Origin: Carcharhinus longimanus | Taxonomy: Eukaryota | DNA: 64,000 bases | NCBI GenBank assembly: GCA_030264375.1 | Contig: JASCQW010000119.1 | Coordinates: 8,305,190-8,369,189, forward strand | Direction of reading: 5' to 3' | Part shown: positions 63,361-64,000 of the stretch, in pieces | Numbering within the stretch: the first letter of the stretch is position 1 | Layout: each line of letters starts with the position of its first letter | Notes under the pieces: model-generated | What the model was told of the DNA's origin: nothing | The model's database searches: none | Seen by the model: only the letters and a program-made list of their open reading frames with translations | Program-made: the position numbers and the translations under genes

Positions 63361-64000
63361 GTAAGATATTGTGCTTTTACATTTCTCCACCTCCCTCTGA
63401 AGATGTTCATGTCAATCTGCAATTGAAAATGATCCAAAACATTATTGTGCTATTTAGCAAGATTGGTGAGGATTTGTAACAATTGGGGGATTTTTTTAAA
63501 TGGCTTGATTACTTTGATCATATTCAGGGACAGAAAATTACATCTCTGACCTGAAAGTTGTTCCAGTGTAAAAAAAAACTTGTTCAATGTTGCAAGGTAG
63601 AAAATAGTTTCTGGCATTTTTAATAGCCAAGCCGTTTAGAAACTGTCTGGCTGGTGTTTTGGGAGTTTACGCGCAAGCACATTTTATTAGTACTTGCCAG
63701 CTCACGGAAACAAAGAATCAAAATATCACAGAGGGAATCCCGTCGATTAATTATACACACAATTCTTCATCTGCCACAATATAACAGAAGTCAAAAACAA
63801 ACAAAAAAAGAAGTTAATTGCACAAATCACGCACAGCGTGCAAAATCTTAACGAGTGAAGATTCATTCCTTGCGGGTGTTCTATTTTGGTTGGCCTGTTC
63901 AACCAGATAATTTAGATTGCTTTCCATGAGAGTAGTCTCATCATCCAATGAATGTATTAGAAATAGATCTGAGGCGAGTAAGATCCAAACTTGCCTTTCA

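Overview
Eukaryotic, repeat-dense, draft-assembly DNA (N gaps at 3378-3477, 8533-8632, 19850-20155, 31516-32095, 38352-38355, 42050-42066, 46352-46451, 51128-51227). The repeats (HE1-type tRNA SINEs, CR1/HER1 LINEs, Deu-domain SINEs, Penelope, GC-rich Harbinger elements) point to a cartilaginous fish, probably a shark. Repeat names come from my recall of family consensus sequences, not from a search. Almost every ORF in the supplied track is either a transposon remnant or noise. The main signal, which the ORF track does not show, is a + strand host gene crossing the window as at least 15 micro-exons of 15, 24, 27 or 36 nt. All are AG/GT-bounded, multiples of 3 and phase 1-1. They splice into one stop-free 143-codon, E/K/L-rich coiled-coil-like peptide with a recurring 27-36-15-36 nt exon unit. 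The architecture resembles the heptad micro-exon tails of butyrophilin/MOG/chicken BG genes, but I see no Ig, TM or B30.2 exon here, so the gene is unidentified. The introns carry a full-length decayed two-gene Harbinger transposon, a retrovirus-like integrase remnant with nested insertions, two solo LTRs with 4-bp TSDs, a young inverted duplication and many LINE/SINE fragments.
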